Origin: Eledone cirrhosa
Taxonomy: Eukaryota
Assembly: GCA_964016885.1 (NCBI GenBank)
Contig: OZ024744.1
Coordinates: 7,378,001 to 7,442,000, forward strand
Direction: 5' to 3'
DNA length: 64,000 bases
Position 1 is the stretch's first letter. The number at the start of each line of letters is the position of its first letter. This document shows positions 26,140 to 38,068 of this stretch, piece after piece. The notes under the pieces were generated by a model that was given only the letters and a program-made list of their open reading frames with translations, did not search any database and was not told the DNA's origin. The position numbers and the translations under genes are program-made.

Positions 26140-26358
26140 AGGAAAGACTGCGCACTGAGCCAATCCCACTCTCTGAGCAACAGTAGCTATAACCCGAAAA
26201 GAAGTAAAGATCAACATCCTCGGTAACTAGTGAGCCGCAGGTTTTATATCGGAGTTATCCCAGTTTCCTGAGTTGTCTTCTAGAAGAATGCCCTGACAAA
26301 GGCTAGGGGTCCTTCACTCCCAGTGGTTTAACCGCGCGATCGGGTGTCCAGCCCGGCT
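26140..26358 (-). mobile_element. RTE 5' UTR fragment (second copy at about 62700-62965)
   Basis: GAGCCAATCCCACTCTC...GCAGGTTTTATATCGGAGTT shared with 10950-11070 and 62750-62965. Confidence 0.65.
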
Positions 26359-26360
26359 AT

Positions 26361-26828
26361 ATACATACATGGTGGCTGCCAACTCGTTTTCGAGAGTACG
26401 GCCACTACTTTATATCCATGTAGGAGAATCCCTACCGATGTGCTGAACGAGTGTGACTTTTTAGTCCAGCCAGCAACTTGAAAACTCTGGTACAAACACT
26501 ATATTTGTGACAATTATTGACACATATTGCTGGGTCCATGGTTCCATGTGACGACAAGTGCAGAGAGATCTCCAGATATAAAGCAATGCCTGTGCCGTGA
26601 AGCTTTTATAGTGAGCAAAGGCACTGCACAAAGCCAGTCCCACTCTCTTAACCAAGATGATATTTACCAAAAAGAAGAACAAGTCAACATCATTGGATAC
26701 CACCAGGGTTGCAGGTGTTATATCAGAGTTTTCCTTCTCCTAGAATTCTGCCTTGACAAAGGCTAAGGAGTCATCTCTCCCGGTGATTTTGGATGGTCAT
26801 CGATTCTTAAGAGCTCCTTTGCCCTTAC
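26361..26828 (-). mobile_element. Bipartite RTE-derived element family 1, 5'-truncated
   Basis: Reverse complement of 17048-17505. Confidence 0.88.
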
Positions 26829-27317
26829 ATATATACATACATACAGCAGAAGAAAAAGGTCATCAACCATCTAGCCCAGATTTATTAGCATGAAAGAAAT
26901 AATATCATTAGGATAGCCACTGATCTGGTGGAGAAATATGGAATAAGGTCCAATATGAATCAATTTTCCAGGGGAATTAGGAGATCATATTCAATGTTCG
27001 AACATAAATAGAGAGAGAAAAGAGATAGGGGTTTTGAGAGAGTAGATTGAAAGAGAGACATGTCTGTGTATATTTTAATTATTTAAAAAACATTTTTAAA
27101 TGAACATGATTTAAAAAAAATATGTTTAAAGTGAACGTGACCCAACGGATTACAGGTGGTCTAGTATATATATTTATGTAAATGTAACATAAATCCCCGT
27201 ATGTATTGCAACGGGTGTGGTTTATCAAAGTATCAGTTTCACAAGGGAGCGAGAGTGACAATTCGAAATCATTAACACATGCAATATAAAATGTCATTCA
27301 GTGATATATATATATAT

Positions 27318-27519
27318 AAATAACAAAGGAAATGTGGTAAGGAACCAGATGCACCATAACGCACCAGAGTACTCAATACTTAGGGTAGGGAGTGGGAAAT
27401 AGGAAAAAGTATGACCCCGACGGCAGAGCTCAAGCCGTTTCTACGGCTATTTCTGGAATAGTCCAGAAATAGCCGTCGAAACTGCTTGAGCTCTGCCGTC
27501 GGGGTCATATTTTTCCTAT
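27318..27519 (-). mobile_element. PLE-terminus-like mini element ending in a 120-bp palindrome built from the 3' half of a hammerhead
   Basis: Arms 27399-27456 / 27463-27519; minus strand GAAA-CGGC-TTGAGCTCT-GCCG-TC-GGGGT (stem III + GUC); (TA)n on both sides; homologous to 43088-43226. Confidence 0.7.
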
Positions 27520-27552
27520 ATATATATATATATATATGGAAAAGAATGAAAC

Positions 27553-27846
27553 GAAATTTCATTTCTCACTCTTAGTACGGCTGATACTTAAATATAAGTA
27601 TGTATACGTACATACATATATGTATACAGACGTACAGTAGTATATATATATATACATACATGCACACATATATATATGTACGTATGGATTTACCGAACAT
27701 TTATTATAATGCTCGGTTTGTTTGTAAACAAACATCCCGTATTAAGCCGTACAGTGTTCGGCAACCATTGTTGCCCTATTTTCAACACTGACACAGGAAC
27801 GATGTACTAGTTTCAAGCTTATTACCTATCGTCAGCATCGTATACC

Positions 27847-27916
<70 letters not shown>

Positions 27917-28195
27917 TAATAAAAGATCAGAGACCATATTCAGTTGATTCAGGTTTATTTAAAACTGTGTTATACATATTTCACTGAGGACTATCAGCGT
28001 GTGTACCGTATAGCTTCCTGTTTGTTTACAAACAAACCGAGCATTATAATAAATGTTCGGTAAATCCATACGTACATATACATATGTCTGCATGTATGTA
28101 TATATATATATACTACTGTACGTCTGTATACATATATGTATGTACGTATACATACTTATATTTAAGTATCAGCCGTACTAAGAGTGAGTAATGAA

Positions 28196-28200
<5 letters not shown>
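27553..28200. repeat. Inverted repeat with about 180-bp arms (27553-27734 / 28019-28200)
   Basis: Near-perfect reverse complementarity; HHR in the spacer; (TA)n tracts inside and flanking. Confidence 0.9.
27799..27841 (-). ncRNA. Minimal type I hammerhead ribozyme
   Basis: ACGATG-CTGACGA-TAGGTAATAAGCTT-GAAA-CTAG-TA-CATCGT: 6-bp stem I, intact core, palindromic ACTAGT stem III, GUA triplet; stem II weak. Confidence 0.75.
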
Positions 28201-28285
<85 letters not shown>

Positions 28286-28537
28286 ATTTTTTTTATTGGA
28301 TGGCCAGTCTGAAGAGCAGGTCGTTAATGCAGTCGGCTCAAAAACTTCTGAGTCGCTGAGTCAATCTTCTACGCAACGCGTGTTTAACACAATAGAAACT
28401 AAATAAATATTTGTAAACAAAACTTCAAGGTTTTTTTAATCTCTCTCTCTCTCTCTCTCCCTCTATCTCTCTGACTCTCTCTCTCTCTCTCTCCCTCTAT
28501 CTCTCTGACTCTCTCTCTCTCTCTCTCCCTCTATCTC

Positions 28538-28569
<32 letters not shown>

Positions 28570-29273
28570 CCTTTCTCTCTCTCTCCACACACAGACATAC
28601 ATATATATAGATATTTCGAGATTATCTCAGACATGACATAATTTTAAATAATATATTCATGATCCTACTTGGTTGAGCTTTCACAATGTTGAGAGATTAG
28701 GCTGCTATTTATAGTTGTCCTTAAACCGTTTCATGTCCCTGAGACAGTGAGAACATGCAGAGTTTTCTTTTTATAACACCTTGTGTTTGTTTCACTGTTC
28801 TCAGTTCTATATTTTTCATGTGTAAGTTTAGATGGAGCGATTCCCCTTTACTGACCATTCAGATCGATCATCGAACTGCATTGACATTTTTGGTGAAACT
28901 TATCCATAATTTCTGAAGGATAAGTATGAGGGAAATATATACAATTTCTATGATGTTTCTATATTTATAATTGTTGTTAAATTTTAATATGATACTGTAC
29001 TGAACCATCTGTTCTTACATTTAATACAGATTGTCTCCTGTTAAAGTTGATATGTTCTATTGTACATATATATCATTAGATATATATGTATATACATATA
29101 TATATGCCATATATGTATGTATATATGTATATATATCATATGTATATATGTATATATGGCATATGTATATATGTCATATGTATATATGTATATATATGTA
29201 TATACATATATATATATATATATGTCATATGTATATATGCATATATGTATATATGTATATATGTATATATGTC

Positions 29274-29337
<64 letters not shown>

Positions 29338-29389
29338 ATATACATATATATATATCATAATGTATATATGTATGTCATATATCCTACAA

Positions 29390-30420
29390 GCGTACAGTTA
29401 AAAAAAGTAATATTGTTGGAATATAAACCTTTAAAAATACAGGACAAGAAACTAAAATAAAACTTTAAAAGAATAGGACAAGAAACTAAGATAAAACTTT
29501 AAAGAATTGGACAAGAAATAAAAAATGTTACAATAATATTAGTGGCAAATTTTTATTGGTAAACAATCGAGTTCCACATTCATAGGCTCTGGGTTCCACA
29601 TTCAGAGGTCGTCGTCAGACCGGGGGGATCATTTGATCCTGGTTTGAACACTAATTGGGCCATAACCATACCCCTATTTAATCATTCGGCGACACGCCTC
29701 ATGTGTCGTACATAATGTGAAGTGACCCATGGGCCCATGAGCACAGATCTTGAGCAGCAGCGGACGGTCTTATCTCCCCGCTCATCCTTGATCTTGACCA
29801 ACCCGTCCATCTTCTCCTTGCATCTTGTCCTTGAGTTCAAGTCCGGCAGTCCAGATGAATGCGTGCCACAGCTTTCTGGTACAGGAAGGGGGAGCAGGAG
29901 GACTGGAGGGATGACGGGACAGAGGGAGGGAGGACCGGTGGTTGAGGGCGGTGCCGTAGTCGGTGGTCAGAGTCGACATTTTGTCTCGGTCGTCTTCTCC
30001 ATCTTCGTCTGGTGTTGCGGGACCAGAAGTGCATTCTTGGAGGAGACCTGCAGCTGCATCGGCCAATTCTTCTTGCAATGGTCATTCTGACGGAGCAGAA
30101 CAGCTCAGCCAACCAACCCCAACCAGAACCAAACGCTCAGGGGCAACGCAAAATGAGAGCATGACAATTATTATGCACTAATCAAGAAGATACTGGGGCA
30201 TAGCACAGGAAACGAATAAAAAAATTTTGCCACTAATATTATTGTAAAATCTTTTATTTCTTATCCAATTCTTTAAAGTTTTATCTTAGTTTCTTGTCCT
30301 ATTCTTTTAAAGTTTTATCTTAGTTTCTTGTCCTATTCTTTTAAAGTTTTATTTTAGTTTCTTGTCCTGTATTTTTAAAGGTTTATATTCCAACAATATT
30401 ACTTTTTTTTTGCTGTACGC
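29390..30420. repeat. Inverted repeat (29390-29557 / 30215-30420) with internal ~34-bp tandem units and a GC-rich spacer
   Basis: Unit AGGACAAGAAACTAAGATAAAACTTTAAAAGAAT; the right arm has one extra unit. Confidence 0.88.
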
Positions 30421-30496
30421 ATTTTTCTATCTGGTATATATATGCATATATGTATATATGTATATATGTCATATGTATATATATATATATATGTAA

Positions 30497-31200
30497 AAAT
30501 CACAACAAAGCAGAGATATATGAAAAATGGCTTAACTCAACCCCTCTAACTCTCCTCCGTAAAATACAAATAAAGTACATTCCAAATGAACCCGAACCTC
30601 AAGGACACCTTAGGGAAAGAATGGCATTGGAAAAAATGAAGACATAAATTGAACTTCTTAAATTGAGGGCCCAGACAAATGAGGAAAAAATCAAAACCAT
30701 CGATGAAGAGATCCTCCTGGAAATCAACAATAAGACTGAAGGCCCCAAGGTAGAGTAAATCTCTAAATTATGGAAAGGGGACTGCAACAGAGAAGAACTG
30801 AAATCCCTTCAACGCTGGGAAAAAAGTGCCGCTTGGTTCCTACACTATGAATCGAATTTTCAAACGGATTACACCTCCAATAAAAATAGGAAAACCCATA
30901 ACTGAACCGCACAACAATTTCGCAAACCCCCAAGCCACTAACAAAAGAAGAAGGAAGCACCACACCGAAGATGAATTTCCCAACCTCGCTTCCATAAGAA
31001 GGAACAAAAACCCTAGAAATCATCACCCCTAGAATGACATTTACAATTATAACATTTACAAAAATAACCAACAATTTCACCTAAAATGGGATATAATAGC
31101 GGCTGCCCCCCCCCCCCCCCCCCCACATATTCCCATGGACAGGAATTTTGTAAATTATGTAATGTAGAATTATTTTGTATTATGAAATCCAAAACAGAAT
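30497..31200 (+). mobile_element. Internally deleted Penelope-like remnant
   Basis: 31081-31190 encodes LKWDIIAAA...FCKLCNVELFCIMKS, similar to the GIY-YIG C-terminus CDLCIEEIFFILKS at about 40845; upstream basic ORF fragments. Confidence 0.5.
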
Positions 31201-31957
31201 AGAGCGATCGTTATACTGTAACCATCGCTTAAAATCTACATTTTCATATTATAAATACTACCAGGATTGAACGCCTGTCTCTATCCCCGTTTGATTGTCA
31301 AAATAGATATTAACATTCTTTATTAGTCTTAATTCTATCAACTCTTCTATTATTTACCTTTTAATACAAACTGCTATAGATAAAATGAGATTTCTGATTT
31401 CTTGATTCAATTCCCTAATGCATATACCAGCTGGCTACTAGCATTGATGTTATTTAGTAGCAATCGAAATCTCCCCCTTCCCCAATTGACACTTTATAAT
31501 TAATACTACTGCACCAAATGACCAGCCCTGTCCACTGTCCAGTTGGTCAAGTAGAGATTAAAATTGGCACTCCCAAAATTCTTATTTAGATTTACTCATG
31601 GTATTCTCATTAGAAACCCATTATATACTTGTTTAGTAGTAAATTAATTTACCATCTGTCATATACCATCCCCTCTGTTTCTTCCTCTTTTACTAATATA
31701 AATACTTCAATTTTTCTGATTTTATCCAATTTATCCAAAATCTCTGAAGAAGTGACAACTGATTATACATTTGCTATCGAATACTTGCTAACATTATATG
31801 ATTACGCAAGCAGCGATACATAGGTATTCAGTCTGTTACAGAAACATATGTCAATACCTAATAAATTCCTTTTTTAAAAAAAGCACTTTCATTTTATATT
31901 CATCCTTTCTATATATATATATATAAGTATTGAAATTTCCGTTGGAAACAGAAAAGG

Positions 31958-32003
<46 letters not shown>

Positions 32004-32005
<2 letters not shown>

Positions 32006-32161
32006 TTATTAAATTAACAGATTAAAGTTTAAGCAAAGAATCGCTGCTTTCACCCTTAACGGGATCTTCTAAAGATCCCGTTAAGGGTGAAAGCACCGAT
32101 TCTTTGCTTAAACTTTAATCTGTTATTTTAATAAATATTTGCACTACGGTTCTTATATATT

Positions 32162-32165
<4 letters not shown>
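32004..32165 (+). mobile_element. Palindromic mini element centred in a hammerhead core
   Basis: Arms 32004-32068 / 32072-32136; plus strand CTAAAGA-T-CCC GTTAA GGG-T-GAAA-GCA CCGATTCTT TGC-TT-AAACT; between (TA)n tracts; same family as 43322-44200 and 51085-51200. Confidence 0.75.
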
Positions 32166-32221
<56 letters not shown>

Positions 32222-32392
32222 TAAAGCTACATACCGAATTTGCATTCGTTAACTTGTCCGCAAACTAAAGCTTAATTAAACTAAAGTTAATGCTGTACTA
32301 AAATGTGTATATATATATGTATGTATGTACGTATATATATGTATATCCATATATATAATTATATTATTGCCTGTGTGAAGTGACCGGTTTCT

Positions 32393-32433
32393 GCGCATGC
32401 GCGTTCGTACGGTTGTACTTCCTGTTCCTATAA
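32393..32433 (+). promoter_or_regulatory. NRF1-like, ETS-like and TATA-like motifs upstream of the hammerhead
   Basis: GCGCATGCGC 32393-32402, ACTTCCTG 32417-32424, CTATAA 32428-32433; motif matches only. Confidence 0.35.
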
Positions 32434-32447
32434 CCCCATGCCCATTA

Positions 32448-32485
32448 CGAGCTGAGGATCCGCTAAGGTGAAACAATTGTTCTCG
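32448..32485 (+). ncRNA. Minimal type I hammerhead ribozyme
   Basis: CGAG-CTGAGGA-T CC GCTAA GG T-GAAA-CAATTG-TT-CTCG: intact core, palindromic stem III, GUU triplet. Confidence 0.8.
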
Positions 32486-32599
32486 GTATGGTGAACTAAC
32501 TGTTGTGTAACCACTTCTATATATAATTATATATATATAGAAATATTTTATATATATATATATATTAATAAAAGGAAACTATATTTATAAAACCATATT

Positions 32600-32664
32600 T
32601 ATTTATTATATATATTTCAAGGGCAACCAAGGCAAATTATGGTGCGCTTTCATCAGATAAAATA
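32600..32664 (-). ncRNA. Minimal type I hammerhead in a PLE pLTR (inverted partial partner at 32887-32957)
   Basis: TATTTTAT-CTGATGA-AAGCGCACCA...TGGTTGCCCTT-GAAA-TATATA-TA-ATAAATA; related to 42518-42582. Confidence 0.8.
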
Positions 32665-32957
32665 CAGATTCGTTTTATAAATAAATATTGACATACCCGG
32701 AAAAAAAGACAACCTTAACGGTTGGAGCTTCCTGGATAGTGGATATATTACATTTATTGAGGGTGATACAAAATTATGAGTGAGTATGCAAATGAGTGTC
32801 CGAAAGGTTGAAAAGATAACGGTTTATTTAAATTAAACTGTTGGAAGAAGATAATATTTAAGGGAGAGCGAAAAAAAAATTGAAAATTGCCCTTGAAATA
32901 TGTATAAAATAAATATGGTTTTATAAATATAGTTTCCATTTATTAATATATTTACTC

Positions 32958-33138
32958 GGTCGTTTGGCAGTATCGGTAGAGGGTCGGACGCCATGCTTTC
33001 CAGCATAGTTACGTCCCTTTACGATCTGAGTTCAAATCCCGTCGAGGTTGACTTTGCCTTTCATCCTTACGGGGTCGATAAAATAAAGTACCAGTAATGC
33101 ACTGGGTAATTGCTGGCCTTGTGCCAAAAGTAGAAACA
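32958..33138 (+). mobile_element. Full tRNA-derived SINE with 16-bp TSD
   Basis: A box TGGCAGTATCGG, B box GAGTTCAAATC, core GCCTTTCATCCTTACGGGGTCGATAAAATAAAGTACCAG (resembles the Meta/MESC SINE domain); TSD ATTAATATATTTACTC at 32942-32957 / 33139-33154. Confidence 0.9.
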
Positions 33139-33476
33139 ATTAATATATTTACTCCACTAAACTGTTGAGTGCTTTATACCAGTTATAAAAATGTTTAAAT
33201 TAAATATAACCTCTGCATATATATATCTATATGTATATTAAATGAAGCAACGGAGTAAAGGACTGGCGTATCTGTTTGATTAGAATATTTTTCTCCTACC
33301 TTTCACAGTTTATGTCTTTCGCCCTGGTGCTGAAAAACCCTGTAATGAAATAGCATGTTCTGTAATGAAATTCATGTATTCTCTCATATATAATTAGACA
33401 TAGTCACAGATATATATACATATATACATAAATGTGTATGTATATATATATATGTATATATATATCTGCGACTATG

Positions 33477-33517
<41 letters not shown>

Positions 33518-33678
33518 TTATATGTATATATATATATATATATGTATATGCATCTACATGCACAAACACAGACACACACACACAAACACAGACACACACA
33601 CAAACACAGACAGACACACACAGACACAGACAGACACACACACAGAGAGACACACAGAGACAGACACACACACACAGA

Positions 33679-33715
<37 letters not shown>

Positions 33716-33885
33716 ACACAGACACACACAGACATATACACACGCACGCAGAGAGACACACACAGACATAGAGAGAGAGAGAGACATACACACACAAGTG
33801 ATATATAGTTAGAGAGATTTACAGAATTTATAATAGTGAAATGTGGGAGGAATGTTAGCTAAATGTCAGTTCATGCCAACAATAA

Positions 33886-36800
33886 GTGTGTCTGTGTGTC
33901 TGTGGGGGGGAGACTCTGTGTGTGCCCCTGTGTCTGTGTGTCTGTGTGTCTGGGGGGGGGGGGGGGGGAGACTATGTGTGCCCCTGTGTCTGTGTGTCTG
34001 TGTGTCTGGGGGGGAGACTCTGTGTGTGCCCCTGTGTCTGTGTGTCTGTGTGTCTGGGGGGGGAGACTATGTGTGCCCCTGTGTCTGTGTGTCTGTGTGT
34101 GTGGGGGGGGGGGGAGACTATGTGTGTGCCCCTGTGTCTGTGTGTCTGTGGGGGGGGGGAGACTATGTGTGTGCCTCTGTGTCTGTGTCTGTGTGTCTGG
34201 GGGGGAGACTCTGTGTGTGCCCCTGTGTCTGTGTGTCTGTGTGTGTGTGTGGGGGGAGACTATGTGTGTGCCCCTGTGTCTGTGTGTCTGTGGGGGGGGA
34301 GACTATGTGTGTGCCCCTGTGTCTGTGTCTGTGTGTCTGTGGGGGGGAGACTCTGTGTGTGCCCCTGTGTCTGTGTGTGTGTGGGGGGGGGGGGGGAGAC
34401 TCTGTGTGTGCCCCTGTGTCTGTGTGTCTGTGTGGGGGGGAGACTCTGTGTGTGCCCCTGTGTCTGTGCGTCTGTGTGTGTGTGGGGGGGGGAGATTATG
34501 TGTGTGCCCCTGTGTCTGTGTGTGTGGGGGGGAGACTATGTGTGCCCCTGTGTCTGTGTGTCTGTGTGTGTGTGGGGGGGGGGGATAATATGCGTGTGCC
34601 CCTGTGTCTGTGTGTCTGTGGGGGGGAGACTATGTGTGTGCCCCTGTGTCTGTGTCTGTGTGTCTGTGGCGGGGGTGAGATCTGTGTGTGCCCCTGTGTC
34701 TGTGTGTCTGTGTGTGTGGGGGGAGGGGGAGACTCTGTGTGTGCCCCTGTGTCTGTGCGTCTGTGTGTGTGGGGGGGGGAGATTATGTGTGTGCCCCTGT
34801 GTCTGTGCGTCTGTGTGTGTGTGGGGGGGGAGATTATGTGTGTGCCCCTGTGTCTGTGTGTCTGGGGGGGGGGGGGAAGACTCTGTGTGTGCCCCTGTGT
34901 CTGTGTGTCTGTGTGTGTGTGGGGGGGGGGGGAGATTATGTGTGTGCCCCTGTGTCTGTGTGTCTGTGGGGGGGGAGACTCTGTGTGTGCCCCTGTGTCT
35001 GTGTGTCTGTGTGTGTGTGTGTGGGGGGGGAGATTATGTGTGTGCCCCTGTGTCTGTGTGTGTGGGGGGGAGACTATGTGTGTGCCCCTGTGTCTGTGTG
35101 TGTGTGGGGGGGGGGAGATTATGTGTGTGCCCCTGTGTCTGTGTGTGTGTGTGGGGGGAGACTCTGTGTGTGCCCCTGTGTCTGTGTGTCTGTGTGTGGG
35201 GGGGGGGGGAGATTATGTGTGTGCCCCTGTGTCTGTGTGTCTGTGGGGGGGGAGACTCTGTGTGTGCCCCTGTGTCTGTGTGGCTGTGTGTGTGTGGGGG
35301 GGATTATGTGTGTGCCCCTGTGTCTGTGTGTGTGGGGGGAGACTCTGTGTGTGCCCCTGTGTCTGTGTGTCTGTGTGTGTGGGGGGGAGATTATGTGTGT
35401 GCCCCTGTTCTGTGTGTCTGGGGGGGAGACTCTTTGTGTGCCCCTGTGCCTGTGTGTTTGTGTGTGTGGGGGGGAGACTATGTGTGCCCCTGTATCTGTG
35501 TGTCTGTGTGTGTGGGGGGGGAGACTCTATGTGTGCCCCTATGTCTGTGTGTCTGTGTGTGGGGGGGGGAGACTATGTGTGTATGTGTGTGCCCCTGTGT
35601 CTGTGTGTCTGTGTGTGTGTGTGGGGGGGGAGACTATGTGTGTATGTGTGTGCCCCTGTGTCTGTGTGTCTGTGTGTGGGGGGGAGACTATGTGTGTATG
35701 TGTGTGCCCCTGTGTCTGTGGGGGGGGGGAGACTATGTGTGTGCCCCTGTGTCTGTGTCTGTGTGTCTGGGGGGAGACTCTGTGTGTGCCCCTGTGTCTG
35801 TGTGTGGGGGGGAGACTATGTGTGTGCCCCTGTGTCTGTGTGTCTGTGGGGGGGGAGACTATGTGTGTGCCCCTGTGTCTGTGTCTGTGTGTCTGTGGGG
35901 GGGAGACTCTGTGTGTGCCCCTGTGTCTGTGTGTGTGTGGGGGGGAGACTCTGTGTGTGCCCCTGTGTCTGTGTGTCTGTGTGTCTGTGGGGGGGGAGAC
36001 TTTGTGTGTGCCCCTGTGTCTGTGCGTCTGTGTGTGGGGGGGAGGGAGATTATGTGTGTGCCCCTGTGTATGTGTGTGTGGGGAGAGACTCTGTGTGTGC
36101 CCCTGTGTCTGTGTGTCTGTGTGTGTGGGGGGGGAGACTATGTGTGCCCCTGTGTCTGTGTGTCTGTGCGTGGGGAGGGGGAGAATATGCGTGTGCCCCT
36201 GTGTTTGTGTGTCTGTGGGGGGGGAGACTATATGTGTGCCCCTGTGTCTGTGTATGTGTGTCTGTGGCGGTGGGAGATCTGTGTGTGCCCCTGTGTCTGT
36301 GTGTATGTGTGTGTGTGGGGGGGGAGACTCTGTGTGTGCCCCTGTGTCTGTGCGTCTGTGTGTGTGTGGGGGGGGGGGGAGATTATGTGTGTGCCCCTGT
36401 GTCTGTGCGTCTGTGTGTGTGTGGGGGGGAGATTATGTGTGTGCCCCTGTGTCTGTGTGTCTGGGGGGGGAAGACTCTGTGTGAGCCCCTGTGTCTGTGT
36501 GTCTGTGTGTGTGTGGGGGGGGGGGGAGATTATGTGTGTGCCCCTGTGTCTGTGTGTCTGTGGGGGGGGGAGACTCTGTGTGTGCCCCTGTGTCTGTGTG
36601 TCTGTGTGTGGGGGGGGGAGATTATGTGTGTGCCCCTGTGTCTGTGTGTGTGGGGGGGAGACTATGTGTGTGCCCCTGTGTCTGTGTGTGTGTGTGGGGG
36701 GGAGATTATGTGTGTGCCCCTGTGTCTGTGTGTGTGTGGGGGGAGACTCTGTGTGTGCCCCTGTGTCTGTGTGTCTGTGTGTGTGTGGGGGGGGAGATTA

Positions 36801-38068
36801 TGTGTGTGCCCCTGTGTCTGTGTGTCTGTGGGGGGGGAGACTCTGTGTGTGCCCCTGTGTCTGTGTGTCTGTGTGTGTGTGGGGGGGATTATGTGTGTGC
36901 CCCTGTGTCTGTGTGTGTGGGGGGAGACTCTGTGTGTGTGGGGGGGAGACTCTGTGTGTGCCCCTGTGTCTGTGTGTCTGTGTGTGTGGGGGGGAGATTA
37001 TGTGTGTGCCCCTGTTCTGTGTGTCTGGGGGGGGGGGGGGGGGAGACTCTTTGTGTGCCCCTGTGCCTGTGTGTCTGTGTGTGTGGGGGGGAGACTATGT
37101 GTGCCCCTGTGTCTGTGTGTCTGTGTGTGTGGGGGGGAGACTCTATGTGTGCCCCTGTGTCTGTGTGTGGGGGGGGAAACTATGTGTGTATGTGTGTGCC
37201 CCTGTGTGTGTGTGTGTGTGGGGGGGAGACTATGTGTGTATGTGTGTGCCCCTGTGTCTGTGTGTCTGTGTGTGGGGGGGAGACTATGTGTGTATGTGTG
37301 TGCCCCTGTGTCTGTGTGTCTGTGGGGGGGAGACTCTGTGTGTGCCCCTGTGTCTGTGTGTCTGTGTGTGTGGGGGGAGACTCTATGTGTGCCCCTGTGT
37401 CTGTGTGTCTGTGTGTGTGGGGGGGGGGGAGACTATGTGTGTATGTGTGTGCCCCTGTGTCTGTGTGTCTGTGTGTGTGTGGGGGGGAGACTATGTGTGT
37501 ATGTGTGTGCCCCTGTGTCTGTGTGTCTGTGTGTGTGGGGGGGAGATTATGTGTGTATGTGTGTGCCCCTGTGTCTGTGTGTCTGTGTGTGGGGGGGGGG
37601 GACTCTGTGTGTGCCCCTGTGTCTGTGTGTCTGTGTGTGTGGGGGGAGACTATGTGTGTATGTGTGTGCCCCTGTGTCTGTGTGTGTGTGGGGGGAGACT
37701 ATGTGTGTATGTGTGTGCCCCTGTGTCTGTGTGTCTGTGGGGGGAGACTATGTGTGCCCCTGTGTCTGTGTGTCTGTGTGTGGGGGCGAGACTATGTGTG
37801 TGCCCCTGTGTCTTTGTGTCTGTGGGGGGAGACTATGTGTGCCCCTGTGTCTGTGTGTCTGTGTGTGGGGGGGGGGAGAATATGTGTGTATGTGTGTGCC
37901 CCTGTGTCTGTGTGTCTGTGGGGGGGAGACTATGTGTGCCCCTGTGTCTGTGTGTCTGTGTGTGGGGGGGGGGAGACTATGTGTGTGCCCCTGTGTCTGT
38001 GTGTCTGTGTGTGTGGGGGGGGGGGAAGACTATGTGTGCCCCTGTGTCTGTATGTGTATCTGTGTGTG
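33886..38068. repeat. 4.2-kb minisatellite, variable ~40-55 bp unit GAGACT(A/C)TGTGTGTGCCCCTGTGTCTGTGTGTCTGTGT(G)n
   Basis: Directly visible; the 1400-aa C/V/G ORFs arise because the unit lacks stop codons. Confidence 0.97.

Larger units (their letters stand above)
32365..32517 (+). mobile_element. 153-bp solo hammerhead element with 15-bp TSD
   Basis: TATATATAATTATAT at 32350-32364 and 32518-32532; HHR at 32448-32485. Confidence 0.7.

Noticed and set aside
28907-28947. CTGAAGG...GAAATATATA hammerhead-like string
   Set aside because: Core mismatch and no stem II; overlaps a better-looking splice acceptor on the other strand.
29440-30370. CRISPR-like array
   Set aside because: The ~34-bp units are contiguous with no spacers; eukaryotic context, no cas genes.
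32958-33045. tRNA gene
   Set aside because: A/B boxes belong to a multicopy SINE head with TSDs; no cloverleaf.
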